64,000 nt of DNA from Felis catus (GCF_018350175.1 NC_058368.1:159032001-159096000); one strand, 5' to 3'. Counted from the stretch's first letter, positions 11,413 to 23,900 are shown. The notes: generated by a model not told the origin, from the letters alone. A program made the numbers and translations.

Positions 11413-11609
11413 GGTTTTTTTAAGTTTATTTATAATGAGAGAGAGAGCACAGCAGGGGAGGGGCAGCGAGGGAGAGAGAGAATCTCAAGCAGGCCCTGTG
11501 CTGTTAGCATGGACTCCGATTCAGGGCTTGATCACATGAACTGTGAGACCATGACCTGAGCCAAAACCAAGAATTGGATGCTTAACCAACTGAACCACCC
11601 AGGTGCCCC
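11413..11609 (-). mobile_element. CAN-SINE
   Basis: Antisense copy ending ccacccaggtgcccc; TSD tattgtgg at 11405-11412 and 11610-11617. Confidence 0.95.
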
Positions 11610-13363
11610 TATTGTGGTATTAAAAGCAATATTCAACTAGAATAACTAAACCAGGTGTGCTCAATTGCTCTGCTTTGTGAGGGCTCACTTTATTTTTTTG
11701 AGGTTGTGTTCTTAAATTCTCAAATGAGATGTTGAAAGGAAATAACGTGGAACCATTTGAATCCATAGTCCCAGTGTGTACTTGTGCCGTGTTAAGGAAT
11801 CATTGGCAGTAAAAGTTGAGCAGTGTTTGACCATAGTGGTTTCCTGGTCAGCACAAAAACATCACAGAAAGTTCTAGAAAATTTTGGAATGGAACATTAT
11901 TATGGTCAGGTTTTTTTTCACTGACTGGTTAAAAGTTAGAGATTTTGTTCCAGAATATGTATGAACTAAATTTCTCACTTTAGCTTAATGTATGAATCTT
12001 TTTATTACTACTACAAATGCAACATGGAACTACAACCATTACCTTTTGTTCACTAGCTATTTAAAAAGAAAAGAGAAAAAAAATCCAGTGTGAAAGAACT
12101 AGAACACTTCCTCACCCTTTGAGTAACTTGGTACCTGAATGCTATTGTGCCCACCCATTCCTCTGGTTTACTGGGGGTGAATGCTTACCATTACTGGCCA
12201 CCTGGTAGAGTTTCTTATGAGCAGCATTGTCTAAGTAGTTAAATTTAGCTGGTCTGAAACTGCAACATATTAACTCTGTGAAGGTTTATCCCTATGCATC
12301 TAGTTTCCTAAACTGTAATATTGCAGTAATTTTTTCTTGGTGACATTATTCTATGGACTGAAATAATACAATAAACATATAATACTGTGTCTGGCACAGA
12401 GAAAATACATAATACATACTTTTTAGGGTTTATTTTATGAATATTTGCAAGTACCTTCTGTATTTTTATCACTTGTCTAATTTCTGTCAATACAGAGGTG
12501 AAGAAGAAATGGTTTCTTGCTAAGGTTAAGTTATATCTTCAATGGTTTATTAGCTTATTCTACAAATTTTCATTGACTTCCAATTGCATGTGAAGTAATA
12601 GAGAAGGAACAAAGTGCTTTACAGCTGGGCTGATGTTCATTAGCACACTCTAATTTGGACATACTGATTGCCACTGGCATTTGGTTGAGCTGGTCAGTGC
12701 CTCTGATGTAACAGTTGTTAACTATCTGGATGTTACTTTTGAAGATAAAATATTTAATGAAATAATCTACAAAAAGGAGGTAGCATGGTATCTGGCCCAA
12801 AGGAAGGGTTCAATAAGCATTAATTTTTGTTATTATCATGATTATATAAAGATGAATTGTATTCATACAAAGGAGTATATAGTCTAGTGTTAGAAAACAT
12901 ATTTTCTAAATGATAATATAAAGCAAATGATGATGAGTACCATTTAAAATTATAGCTCAGTTTAAGAGATAGATCTTGTCCCTAATACAGTAGTAGAGAA
13001 ATGCAAAATAGCGGGAGGCTAGAAGTAGAGATGGAGAATTGAGCTGGTTTAGGCATCTGAATATAGAGAGGAGAGGTTACAAGTCCAGCAAATGACAACA
13101 CAACAGTTCAAGGCAGGAGAATTAGGAAAGGATAGAAAATGTAGGAGGGCAGGTGGAAGAAACAAAAATGCATTCCATTTAACTGCAGCACAGGTTAGGC
13201 ATACTCTGACAGGATGAATTATAAGCATACTTTAAAGGGTTCTTTATGGCAGCCTGGAATTTGTATTTGGCTCAGCCAGTAGATAAAGCATAAGTGAGTA
13301 CAACTGCAGCTGCAACCTCTCACCTAGTCTTAGAACCATGTAGGTCAGTAGGTCAGTGTAGGT

Positions 13364-13573
13364 TAGGGTTTTCATCACTGGCACTATCAACCTTTGGGTT
13401 GGATAATTTTTTATTGAAAAGGGACCATTTTGTACATTATACAGTGTTTATCAGTGTCTCTGACTTCTGTGCGCTAAGTAACAGAATACCCTTGATGTGT
13501 AACAAACAAAAATATCTCAGACACTGACAGATGTTCACTTGGAGGAAAAATTGCCCCTGGTTGAGAAACACTG
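13364..13573 (-). mobile_element. MER20 (hAT-Charlie MITE), second copy
   Basis: tagggttttc...ggcactatcaacctttggg...aaaatatctcagacactgacagatgt...aaaattgcccctggttgagaaacactg. Confidence 0.85.
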
Positions 13574-14089
13574 ACATAGATGATGGTATGGAAAGGCCAA
13601 TTTTTAGCAATTTTTGAAGTTATTTTTCCGTACTCTTCCACACATGGATCGTTTTCTGGGCTCTGTTACCTCACAGGGAAGTTTTGTAAATGTAGGAAAC
13701 TACATGACAAGTTTTCTTTCTCAATTTTCTTTTCAAAATTGAGTTGTTGAGGAGATTCTGCTGTGTGTTCTTGAGACAGAGAAGAGAAGGACTTTTCTGT
13801 AAAGGATTTACCTAAGAAAAGTTTTCTAAAATCAGTCAGGACAGAGGTCCATGGGATTATGGAGCAGTGATTTTGTGTCTTGCTATTCAGCAGATACTTG
13901 GTAAAATGAGAAACTTCAAAGGGGAATAACTACATGAATCTCTAAACTACAGACAGTTTCTGACTACAGCTTCTCTAAAACATATGGCTTACTCAAAAGG
14001 AGTGATTTAAAAGAGGTTTATGAGAGATCATTGACACCCAAGTAAGATTAAGAAAGACTAAGATGGAATAATGAAGTATTCTGGGGGAA

Positions 14090-14365
14090 GGAAGCTGTGA
14101 CGTGACAAGTGGAGAAAATGGTAATTAGGACCTGTCTGTATCTGTAACCCTTGGTAAGGGTCACCCAACAAGAACTGTGCCATTGTTAGAGAAATGCATT
14201 CTCAACACAAAATACCCCAGGAAGGTATCCAGGGACTTATTCCAACTTCTCTTCCCTGCCCCCCTCCCCCAACTCCATCCTTGATTCTTTTATCTATATC
14301 TCCCATTGGATAAACCTAAAAGAAACTAGAGGGCAAGAGAATTGGAGAGATGTTGTATGTAGAAA
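14090..14365 (-). mobile_element. Ancient ERVL/MaLR-class LTR remnant (LTR33/MLT1-like)
   Basis: ctcccattggataaacctaaaagaaactagagggcaagaga resembles the recurrent cccattggccgaacccaaccggaagccagagggcaaggga motif; boundaries uncertain. Confidence 0.45.
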
Positions 14366-14609
14366 CTGAGGCAATATGTTTTGACTGACATTTTCCAAAT
14401 AACTGATGATGTTAAGACTTTTTTTGTTTTTATTAGCCATCCCTATAATTTTTTGGATAACTCCCTATTCAAATACTTTGCCCATTTAAAAATTGGGTTG
14501 TCTTTTATTAATGAGTTATAAGACTTCTTTATATATTTTGGATACAAGTACCTATCAGATACATAATTTGAAAATTGTTTCCCAGTCTTGGTTTGTCTCT
14601 TCACTCTCT

Positions 14610-14822
14610 CTCTCTTTTTTTAAGTTTATTTATTTATTTATTTATTTTGAAAGCATAAGAGAGCACACATAGGGGAGGGGCAGAGAGAGATGGGGAGAGA
14701 AAATCCCCAGCAGGCTCCACACCTCCATGGTGGAGCCAGATGAGGGACTTAAACTCATAAACTGCCAGACATGAGCTGAGCAGAAGTCAGACTGTCAATA
14801 TACTGAGCCACCTAGGCATGTC
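14610..14822 (-). mobile_element. CAN-SINE
   Basis: Antisense copy; 16-bp TSD tgtctcttcactctct at 14594-14609 and 14823-14838. Confidence 0.95.
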
Positions 14823-16114
14823 TGTCTCTTCACTCTCTTGATGGTAACTTTACACATAAGTTTTTAATTTTGTTGAAATCTAATTTTTCAAACTTTTATC
14901 TCATGTGGCTTTTCATGTCATATCCAGGAACTCTTTCTCAGACCCTGGTTGCAATGATTTGCTCCTATGTTTACTCTGAAGAGTTTTGTAGTTTTAGCTC
15001 TTATTTTTAAATCTATGATATACTTAAGTTAATTAAAGTAATAATGTGAGCTGGGATCCAAATTCATAATTTTGCATGTAGGTTTCCAGCTATCTGAGTA
15101 ATAATTATTGAAAATACATTCTTTCCTTACTGGATTTCCTTGCCCTTGACTATAAATGTTAGGATTTCCTTCTGAACTCTCAATTCTATTCCATTTATCT
15201 ATAGGTCTATCCTTACATTACTTTCACACTGTCTTAATTACTGAGTTTTGTGGAAAGTTCTGAAATGAGAAAACATGTGTGCTGCAACTTTATTGTTTTT
15301 CAAGACTGTTTTAGCTATTCATATAAAATTTCATATAAATTTTAGTATCATCTTGTCCAATTGCATAAAAGCCATTTTGGATTTTGATAGAGGTTGGATT
15401 GAATCTGTAAGTTAGTTTGGGGAATATTGCCATTTTTTTTTACAATAATAATTTTTTCAATTCATGAGCATGGGATTTCTTTTCATTCATTGAAGTCATC
15501 TTTAATGTTTTCAATAATAGTTTGTTCTTTCAGTATAAACATCTTATGCTTATTTTGTTAAATTTATTCCTAACTTTTATTCCTTTTGATATTATTATGA
15601 ATGGAATTACATTTAATTTTGGGGTTGTTTATGTAGCTAGTATATACAAATATAATTGATTTTTACTTCTTGATCTTATATCCTAAAATCTTACTTGAAT
15701 TCATTTATTATATTCAGTAGGTATTGGTGCATTCTTTGGCGTTTTCTGTTTGCTAGATCATGTCATCTATAGATGAAGATATTTTTACTTCTTCCTTTTT
15801 AATCCAGATAATTTTTATTTCTCCTTATTGCCTAATTTCCCTGTATAGATCCCCCACCACAATGTTGAATGGAAATGGCAAGAGGGGTTATCGTTATTGT
15901 AACTTGGAAGGAAAGCAGTCAGTATCTCACTATTGACTTTAATGTGAGATGTCGAGTTTTTTTTTTTTTATTTGTTGGTAGATGCCTGTTTTTAGGTTGA
16001 AGGAGTTTCATTCTAGTCTTAGTTTGTTAAGTGTTTTTATCAAGAAAGTGTGCTAGATTTTGTCAATGCTTTTTTTTTGCATCTATTGAAATGACCATAT
16101 GACTTGGGTTTATT

Positions 16115-16337
16115 TTTTTAAATTTTTTTTTTTTTCAACGTTTATTTATTTTTGGGACAGAGAGAGACAGAGCATGAACGGGGGAGGGGCAGAGAGAGAG
16201 GGAGACACAGAATCGGAAACAGGCTCCAGGCTCTGAGCCATCAGCCCAGAGCCTACACAGGGCTCGAACTCATGGACCGCAAGATCGTGACCTGGCTGAA
16301 GTCGGACGCTTAACTGACTGCGCCACCCAGGCGCCCC
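16115..16337 (-). mobile_element. Young felid SINE (SINEC_Fc1 type)
   Basis: Diagnostic antisense motifs tcaacgtttatttatttttgggacaga, aatcggaaacagg, gagccatcagcccagagc, gatcgtgacctggctgaagtcggacgc, ctgcgccacccaggcgcccc; TSD gggtttatt at 16106-16114 and 16340-16348. Confidence 0.95.
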
Positions 16338-16844
16338 AAGGGTTTATTATTTTATTAAAAGTGTGTATTACAATATGTGATTTTCATATGGTAAAACAAC
16401 CTTGTATTTCTTGGATAAATCTACTTGGTCATGATGTATATATTTTATATGTTGAACTTGCTTTCTAGTTCTTTACTGAGGATTTTTTGCATCTGTATTC
16501 ATAAGGGATATTGGCCTACAGTTTTCTTACATTATCTTTGTCTCATTTTGGTTTCAGGGCAATATTGGTTCCATAGAATGAGTTGGGAAGTATTCTTTTT
16601 CTCTTCTATTTTTTGGAAGAGTTTGTCAATAGTTGGTATTTATTTTTCTTTAAGTGTTTGGTAGGGTTTACCAATGAAGTCAGCTTGGCCTGGACCTTTT
16701 TTTGAGTTTTAAAATGACCAATTCAGTCTCTTTACTTACATATCCCTTCAAGTTTTTCAATTTATTTTTGAGTAAGTTTTGGCAATTTTGACTCCTAGGA
16801 ATGTTTCCATTTCATGGACGTTACTCTAATTTTTCCCTTCTTTT

Positions 16845-17064
16845 TTTTTTTAACGTTTTTTTTTTTAATTTTTTTTTTTTTGAGACAGTGAGAGACAGAG
16901 CATGAACAGGGGAGGGTCAGAGAGAGGGAGGCACAGAATCTGAAACAGGCTCCAGGCTCTGAGCTGTCAGCACAGAGCCTGACGCGGGGCTCAAATTCAT
17001 GGACCGAGAGATCATGACCTAAGCCGAAGTCGGCCGCTTAACCGACTGAGCCACCCAGGCGCCC
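16845..17064 (-). mobile_element. Feline CAN-SINE, CpG-rich (relatively young)
   Basis: Retains gacgcgggg, gccgaagtcggccgc and accgactgag; TSD tttttcccttctttt at 16830-16844 and 17069-17083, followed by aaaa (L1 endonuclease site). Confidence 0.96.
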
Positions 17065-17339
17065 TGATTTTTTCCCTTCTTTTAAAAGCATAATATGTAC
17101 TTGCTGTGTCTCTTGTAATACCCTCAATTCAAGAACCTCAAGTCTAGTAGAGGGAGAAAGATGAGCACAAGTGAGTACAGTACAGTGAAAGTGTTGTGCT
17201 TAAAAATAATATAAGGAAGATATCATTTACATTCAGACGAGAAAGATATTAGAGTACTTGAGTTTAACTGGCTTGTGTTTGGAGGATGGCAGAATCACAT
17301 AAGACTGCGAAACGTGAATTTTTTTTTTTCTGCTTCTGG

Positions 17340-17810
17340 AGGGATGTTCAGAACTAGCAGTGTTGGAAGACCATTCTTTTTGAGTCTCTTGTGTTTCTGC
17401 ATATATTTTCAGTAAAGGCACTGGTTACTGTTTTTGAAGACTCTCTTTTCAAGAATGTTTATATAGCAAATAGCTTTCATAGATAGAAACACTGACTCTG
17501 TATGAAGCAAAAAAGCTGACATAGCTACGGTCCAGTATAAAAGATCCAGTTTGCCTAAACTCAAGGTTTTTTCTATTATGCAACCATTTGTGTATGTAGG
17601 TGTTACTGGGCTCTCTTCCTGTTGGCCTTTGGGAAATTGTGCTTGGGGAACAATCCAGTGGTTAGGCTAAAGGGAATTACACAAATGGAGAAAGAGCATT
17701 GGCAGAGACTTGTATGGGGTAAATGGTAGAATTGTGCATAATGTTTTCTTGGATCCATCGTGTTTGTGGACAGCAAGAAATAAGCTCTGAAAAGGTGCAC
17801 AGGGTGATAG
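17340..17810 (+). mobile_element. MER67-like ERV1 solo LTR
   Basis: aagaatgtttatatagcaaatagc...gatagaaac, gtccagtataaaagatcc, cctaaactcaaggtt, gcaaccatttgtgtatgtaggtgttactgggctctcttc...gcttggggaac resemble MER67; ends approximate. Confidence 0.6.
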
Positions 17811-17901
17811 AGCTTGCTATGCCATGCTAATGTTAGTTAAGCTCATTTTGTGGATGGGGGAATATTTATTGGCTTTTGTTGAGGTTTATCTTCTGTTCTT
17901 T

Positions 17902-18107
17902 TTTACCCAAGTTTCATTTGAGAGAGAAAAAAAGCATGAGTAGGGGAGGGGCAGAGAGAGGAGAGAGAGAGAGAGAGAGAGAGAGAATCCCAAGGAGGCT
18001 CTACACTGTCAGCGTGGAGCCTTATGTGGGGCTTGGACTCAAGAACCATGAGATTATGTCCTGAGTTGAAGTCAGACACTCAACTGTCTGGGCCATCCAC
18101 GCATTCC
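17902..18107 (-). mobile_element. CAN-SINE
   Basis: Antisense copy; TSD tctgttcttt at 17892-17901 and 18108-18117. Confidence 0.93.
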
Positions 18108-18208
18108 TCTGTTCTTTACAAGTTTAATATTACAATCATGTCAATGAGGGATTAAACAAAGAAGAAACCGAGAAAAAAATCAGTTAAGAGGCTATCACAA
18201 TAATAGGT

Positions 18209-18275
<67 letters not shown>
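18209..18275. repeat. A17(TA)25 compound microsatellite
   Basis: Read directly. Confidence 0.97.
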
Positions 18276-18279
<4 letters not shown>

Positions 18280-18364
18280 CCTGAGTTGCTTTAGTCGCAG
18301 TTGGAACTCAGAAGACAAATATGAAGGGTTTATATAAGTACAGAAACAGTAAAATGGGTGCTGT

Positions 18365-18485
18365 GCGTTGGACAGAGATCCTATCTCTTGTGGGTACCAC
18401 TGTGTTTGTAATGAATAGCAGCATGGTGCCTGCATAGGATAGATGCACAGCAAATATTGTAGAATGAGAAGCTGAATGAAAGAAT
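18365..18485 (+). mobile_element. L2 3' tail
   Basis: ggacagagatcctatct...agcatggtgcctgcatag...aaatattgtagaatga...tgaatgaa. Confidence 0.6.
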
Positions 18486-18589
18486 CAGCCAAAAATTTTA
18501 ACAGACCTCTCAAGAGAAGAGAGAATTGTTGCTCTTAATTCTTTTAAGTTGGAATAACAGGGAAAATAATGATATAATAAAGAGCACAA

Positions 18590-19090
18590 TAATGAATTTA
18601 TTCTTGAACGCATTGAATTTGATGCTCGTATGGATCAGCTCATATGGTGCTGAACAGCAGGCAGTTAGGAATGAGAATCATGAGTGTGGGAAGTTCTGAG
18701 GCTGACAACCACCAGAATAAAAGGAGAGATGAAATGAAGGAAAAAAAAGAGAAAGGGAAGAGAAAAAGAAAGGCCAGAGCTAAGAAAGAAACTGGACAAT
18801 ATCCAGCCTGGGGTCAAAGGAGGAAGACATTTAAGAGGAGAGTAATCACAGAGATAAAACAAGACACACGGAGCTCAGAGTTTCAGAAACTAAGATGGTG
18901 GAATGGTTCAAAAATAAAATGATGGTCACCTTCACTGAGTTTTTAGCAGAGCTGAGATGAAGAAGTATACATGGAAAATGGTTGTTAGGAGATCAGAGGT
19001 CTAATTTTGAATATAAATCCAATAGAGTGGTGAAAGTAGAAGACAGGTTGTAGAGGGTAGGGAACTGAGTGGCAGTGAGAATATGTGGAG
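18590..19090 (-). mobile_element. L2 remnant (purine-rich antisense)
   Basis: ttgaacgcattgaatttgatg, cagcaggcagttaggaatg, agagtggtgaaagtagaagacaggttgtagagg. Confidence 0.6.
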
Positions 19091-19541
19091 AACATGAAGG
19101 CTTTATTGTAGTGGGCAAATTACACTTTAGGTTAACTAGGTACTTGGTTTTGGAAGGAACTGGAATATGAGTCTATTTTGTAGTCAGTGAGCATGCATAA
19201 CTTTGCTGAGAACCATATTCATAAAATAGATACAACTGATAACAGAGTGATATTCTATGAATAAGGGTATCTTTGTAATTGATGGGTCTGAGTAATACAA
19301 AGATGCCTGGAGAATGTCAGGCTACCTAAACACACATTGTTATGCCTATTTAATCTTGAAACTACTGTTTGGCAGGGAAATCTGAGAAAGAAAAACGTAC
19401 TCCTGCACTGAAACACAATGAATACATTTTTTGTAAGTAGCTTTCTCTTTAGAATAAGTTAACATTTAGCAGAGTCTCCTCACCAAGCAGAAGTGTAGGA
19501 ATCTCGAGGCTAACAAATAGTTAAGACTGAAATGTGGTCTT

Positions 19542-19733
19542 GGGGACACCTGGGTGGCTCAGTCAATTAAGCCTCCAACTATTGATTTTAGCTTAGGTGA
19601 TGATCTCACGGTTCATGAGATTGAGCCCTGCATCTCTGGCTTTGTGCTGACAGTGCAGAGCCTGCTTGGGATTCTCTCTCACCTTCTCTCTCTGTCCCTC
19701 CTGTGTACATGTGCAATCTCTCTCTCTCAAAAA
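19542..19733 (+). mobile_element. CAN-SINE with very short A tail
   Basis: ggggacacctgggtggctcag head; near-TSD aaatgtggtctt / aaaagtggcctt. Confidence 0.93.
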
Positions 19734-20089
19734 GTGGCCTTTCACCCTAAGATGACAAAGACCTCTTCTTAGAGAACATAAATATCTCAGCTTTTGCTAT
19801 TTTTACTCCAAACCACTAGGTGCCCAGACAAAAAGCCAAAAGCAGTTAGCTGCCACCTCATCATTTATAGTACATCCTGTAAATAAATAAAAAGTAGTCC
19901 TGGATATAGAGGGAAGTGCTGGGGCACAGAGATTTCTTCTTTTAGGAAAAAAAATTTCTTGTCAGGATTTAGTGAAATGTCAACTGATGAAGATAATGTA
20001 TTTTTAAGAGATTTAATTAAAAACTTAAAAATCAGAGAAAAATAAATCCATTATTTGGATGTTTCAGCTTAAAAATAAAATAGAATCTT

Positions 20090-20583
20090 TCTCATACAAC
20101 TCAATAACAACACAACAACAAAGGCAATTTGATTAAAAAATGGGAAGAGGACCTGAATAAACATTTTTCCAAAGAATACATACAGATGGCTAGCAAACAG
20201 GAAAAGATGCTCCACATTACTGATCATCAGGGAAATGCAAGTCAAAGTCACAGTGATATAGCACCTCATATCTATTATAATGGCTAATATCAAAAAGACA
20301 AGAAACTAGTGTTGTCAAGGATGTGGAAAAAAGGGAACACTCACATACTATTCATGGGAATGTAAATTAGCGTAGCTACCATGAAAAACAGTATGGAGGT
20401 CCCTCAAAAAATTAAAAATAGAAATACCATATGATTCAGCAATTCTACCTATCTATACAAAGAAAATAAAAACATTAATTCCAAAAGATACATGCACACC
20501 CTATGTGCAGCATTATTTATATTAGCCAAGTGGTAGAAGCAAACTATGTGCCCACTGATGGATAAATGGATAAAGAAGATGTG

Positions 20584-20639
<56 letters not shown>

Positions 20640-21180
20640 GAATACTGATCAGTCATAAAAAGGAATGAAATATTGACATTTCCATGATATGCATCAACCT
20701 TGAGACTATTATGCTAAGTGAAATAAGTCAGAGGAAGACAGATACCATATGACTTCACTTATATATGGAATCTACAAAACCAGACAAATGAAAAAACCGA
20801 TTTCATAGATACAGAGAATAGATCAGTTGTTGTCAGAGGGGAATGGTGTTGGAGAGTAGGCAGAATAGGTGAAGGGGGAGCAAGAAGTGCAAACTTCCAG
20901 TTATAAGATAGTAGCATAAATCATGGTAATGTTGTGTACAGTATGGTCACTGTGGTCAGTAATATTGTATTGCATATTTGAAAGCTATTAAAAGTTATTA
21001 AAAGTCTTAAAAGTTCTCACCACGAGAAAAATGTATAATTTTGTATGGTAAGTAGACTTATTGTGATTATTTCACATTATTTCATGATGAACACAGATAT
21101 ATATCAATATGTTGTGCCTCTGAAACTAATATAATGTTATATGTTAATTTTACTTCGATTTAACATTTTAAAAATAAACA
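20090..21180 (+). mobile_element. L1 (L1MA9/early carnivore-type) 3' ~1.1 kb, decayed
   Basis: ORF2 C-terminal motifs (acatttttccaaagaatacatacagatggct, aaaattaaaaatagaaataccatatgattcagcaatt) and 3'UTR ending gaaactaatataatgttatatgttaatt. Confidence 0.92.
20586..20637. repeat. (AC)26 microsatellite within L1
   Basis: Read directly; sits at the L1 gatgtggtatatacac position. Confidence 0.97.
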
Positions 21181-21259
21181 CATAAAGAGAAGCCTATTGC
21201 CTCAGTGCAAATGGAATTATAGTTAGGTTTGTTTACATGAAGTAAATTTTAGATGTGTA

Positions 21260-21418
21260 CTGGGAATTAGAAGCTTGTTTTTGTTGCATTGTTTTACTTT
21301 GCTTTGTTTTTTCTGTGTCTAAGCTCTAACACTAATTAGCTATATGACTTTGGGTAAATCACGTGAAGCCTATAGGCCATGAGATGATGGACTAGGAGAT
21401 GAATTCCATCCTTTCTTA
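21260..21418 (+). mobile_element. MIR remnant
   Basis: ctctaacactaattagctatatgactttgggtaaatcac...atggactag. Confidence 0.6.
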
Positions 21419-21585
21419 TAGCCTGACCATGAGAGAATAATTGCAATCTCCATTTGCTTCTTTGGCATACTGGTGGTAACATAATACATGTGCAAAATTT
21501 GATACATTTGGTTCCAAATTAGTGTCTTCTTGTACATTACCTACATTACCTATATTCTGTGTTTAAAATGTTTGCATCAATAATT

Positions 21586-21802
21586 AAAAAAAATTAACAT
21601 TTATTTATTATTGAGAGACAGAGAGAGAGCATGAGCAGTGGTGGGTGGGGGTCAGAGAGAGGAGGAGACACAGAATGTGCAGGAGGCTCCAGGCTCCAAG
21701 CCATCAGCACAGAGCCAAACGTGGGGCTTGAACTAAGAAACCCTGAGATCATGACCTGAGCCAAAGTCAGAGGCTCAACTGACTGAGCCACCCAGGCGCC
21801 CC
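21586..21802 (-). mobile_element. CAN-SINE
   Basis: Antisense copy ending gagccacccaggcgcccc; TSD core tcaataatt at 21577-21585 and 21808-21816. Confidence 0.95.
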
Positions 21803-22687
21803 TAGTGTCAATAATTTTTTAATTAAATAGAATCCTTAATCTGATTTTAGCATTGGTAGAATTAAAATGCTCACCTCACAGAAATTGTTTCTGTTGGTAG
21901 GTGACTGTAACTATAAAGAAATACATACAAAAAAAGTAGCTGAGGAATTGCAAGGAGGTGACATGGGCTAACAGCTAAGTGACTGCTTTTCAGGGATTGC
22001 TGGGCACAACCAAGAGAAAAGATTAATAGATTTAAAAACTGGTTAGAACCTTGTTTCATAAACTACTAAATGTCCACTCATGTTAATCATGTTATATTTC
22101 TGGGAGGCTGAAAAGTTAAACAGTTTTTTGTCTACTTGCCAAGCTTGTAATGAGACCCACCAATCCTGCAGACAAGTTTCAATGTGTCAAGCATTTTTGG
22201 GGGTGAAGAGTAACCCATGGACATGAAAACTATAGGAGGACCTTGTCTGTAGGTCTAAGTGGGTTTTACCAAACACTCCATAAATGGTAAGTAGAAGTTA
22301 AACATAGTAAAAAGCTATTAGCGGCTCTGTTTGGCAGATACAAAGAAAAAAAAAGTTTTTTTTTTAAATGTAGTTAAGTATCATATTTCTTTCCTAGCTT
22401 GAGCAAGATTGACTTTTTTAGCACATGATCTTGCAAGGAGTTGTATGTGAATGTGTTGATGTGCCATGTATATACAAGGCTAAGGTTATAGTTGCAGTTG
22501 AGGCCTTACTTTCTGCGTTTGGTTAGAGTGACGGGGGTACTCAGGGACTCAGAGGCATATCTCTGACAACGAGTTTATCTGAGTACCTGTCAGCAGGCCA
22601 ATTGTAAGCCCTTTTATTTACTCTGGTGTTAGGAAACAAGCCTAAGAGTTAATACCAGCAGAACAGAGAAATAAAATATTTTGCAAT

Positions 22688-22959
22688 ATTTTATTAAAAT
22701 ATTTTATTAAAATATATATATATTTTTTAAATTTACAACCAAGCTAGTTAGTGCATAGTGCAATAATGATTTCAGGAGTAGAATCCAGTGATTCATCCCT
22801 GTATAGAACACTTAGTGTTCATCCCAACAAGTGCCCTCCTTAATAATGCCCCTTGCCTATTTAGCCCATACCTTCACCCACAATCCCTCCAGCAACCCTC
22901 AGTTTTCTATATTTAAGTCTCTTTTGTCCCCCTCCCTGTTTTTGTATTATTTTTGCTTC
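22688..22959 (-). mobile_element. Carnivore L1 3'UTR, heavily 5'-truncated (~270 bp)
   Basis: gatttcaggagtagaatccagtgattcatc...catcccaacaagtgccctcctt...ccctccagcaaccctcagttt; 13-bp TSD aatattttgcaat at 22675-22687 and 22960-22972. Confidence 0.92.
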
Positions 22960-23212
22960 AATATTTTGCAATCATTTTAAGTATTTTTTGGGGGTGGGGG
23001 GAGGGAAGCATATGGGTAACACTGATGGATTTTCTGAGGCTTTTGGAATTTTAAAGCTATGGAGACTATGCTTTGTGATTTCTTTGGATTGCTTTATATT
23101 ATCACCATGATGCAGAAAGAAGATAAAATTTATCAATCATTGGCTAAATGACCATCTGGAAAAGGATAAAACTGGGAGATAGTTCTAGAGGTTTTTGAGG
23201 TTCCTTTGTCTT

Positions 23213-23900
23213 CTCATTCATTCAGTCAAGAAATATTTATCAAGCACCGACTATATGCCAGGCTCTGTGGTGGGTCTACATTCACAAGAGGTCTGCCTCC
23301 TGGGAGCTGCCTGGCTGGGAGAGTGGCAGGAATAGGAGAGTAAATTACCTCATGACAACTGAGTAGTGTAATGTGGGCTAGAAGAGGAATACAGCTAGGA
23401 TGCTCATCCTAGATGAAGGAGATAATTGAGAAGTTGGCATCTAAATAAAATTCTAAGGGACATGAATAACTAGACAGATGTAAGGAAGGAGAAGAATATG
23501 CCAGGTAGGACAGATTATGCAGAGTCTTGGAAGCAACCAAGATCCTGGTGTGCTTAAGGAACTCTTAAGTGGTTAGTCCACCTGATCCTTGGTGCTGAGG
23601 GAATGCAAGTGTAGAGAGAGCCATGAAGATGTAACAATGAGTCAGATGAGGCTTTGCAAGCATGTTAAAAAATTTAGACCTTGTCTTCATCTGAAGACAG
23701 TCAGGAGCCATTTTAGAGTTTTGAACAGGGAATGACATGGTAAATGATTCTGATGGCAGCGGGGAAGTGTTTAGAAGAAGAGAACCTGGATTTAGCGAGA
23801 TCAGTTAACAGGCAGTGTAGGTGAGTGATGACAGTAGCTTCAGCTCAATTAAGATAGCGGCAATGGAGAAAAGTGGATTCATTACAGGATTATAAGAAAT
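23213..23900 (-). mobile_element. L2 3' region
   Basis: cattcattcagtcaagaaatatttatcaagcaccgactatatgccaggctctgtg tail; caggagccatttt, ttttgaacagggaatgacatg, aatggagaaaagtggat. Confidence 0.82.

Larger units (their letters stand above)
14367..16828 (-). mobile_element. Old L1 (L1M-type) ORF2 region, decayed, interrupted by two CAN-SINEs
   Basis: Continuous antisense ORF2-like T-rich sequence: tattttggatacaagtacctatcagata, ttttgcatgtaggtttccag, gattgaatctgtaag, tttgcatctgtattcataagggatattggcct, atagaatgagttgggaagt. Confidence 0.88.

Noticed and set aside
18644..18922. 92-aa K/R/E-rich ORF
   Set aside because: It lies in purine-rich antisense L2; the composition is an artefact of the repeat.
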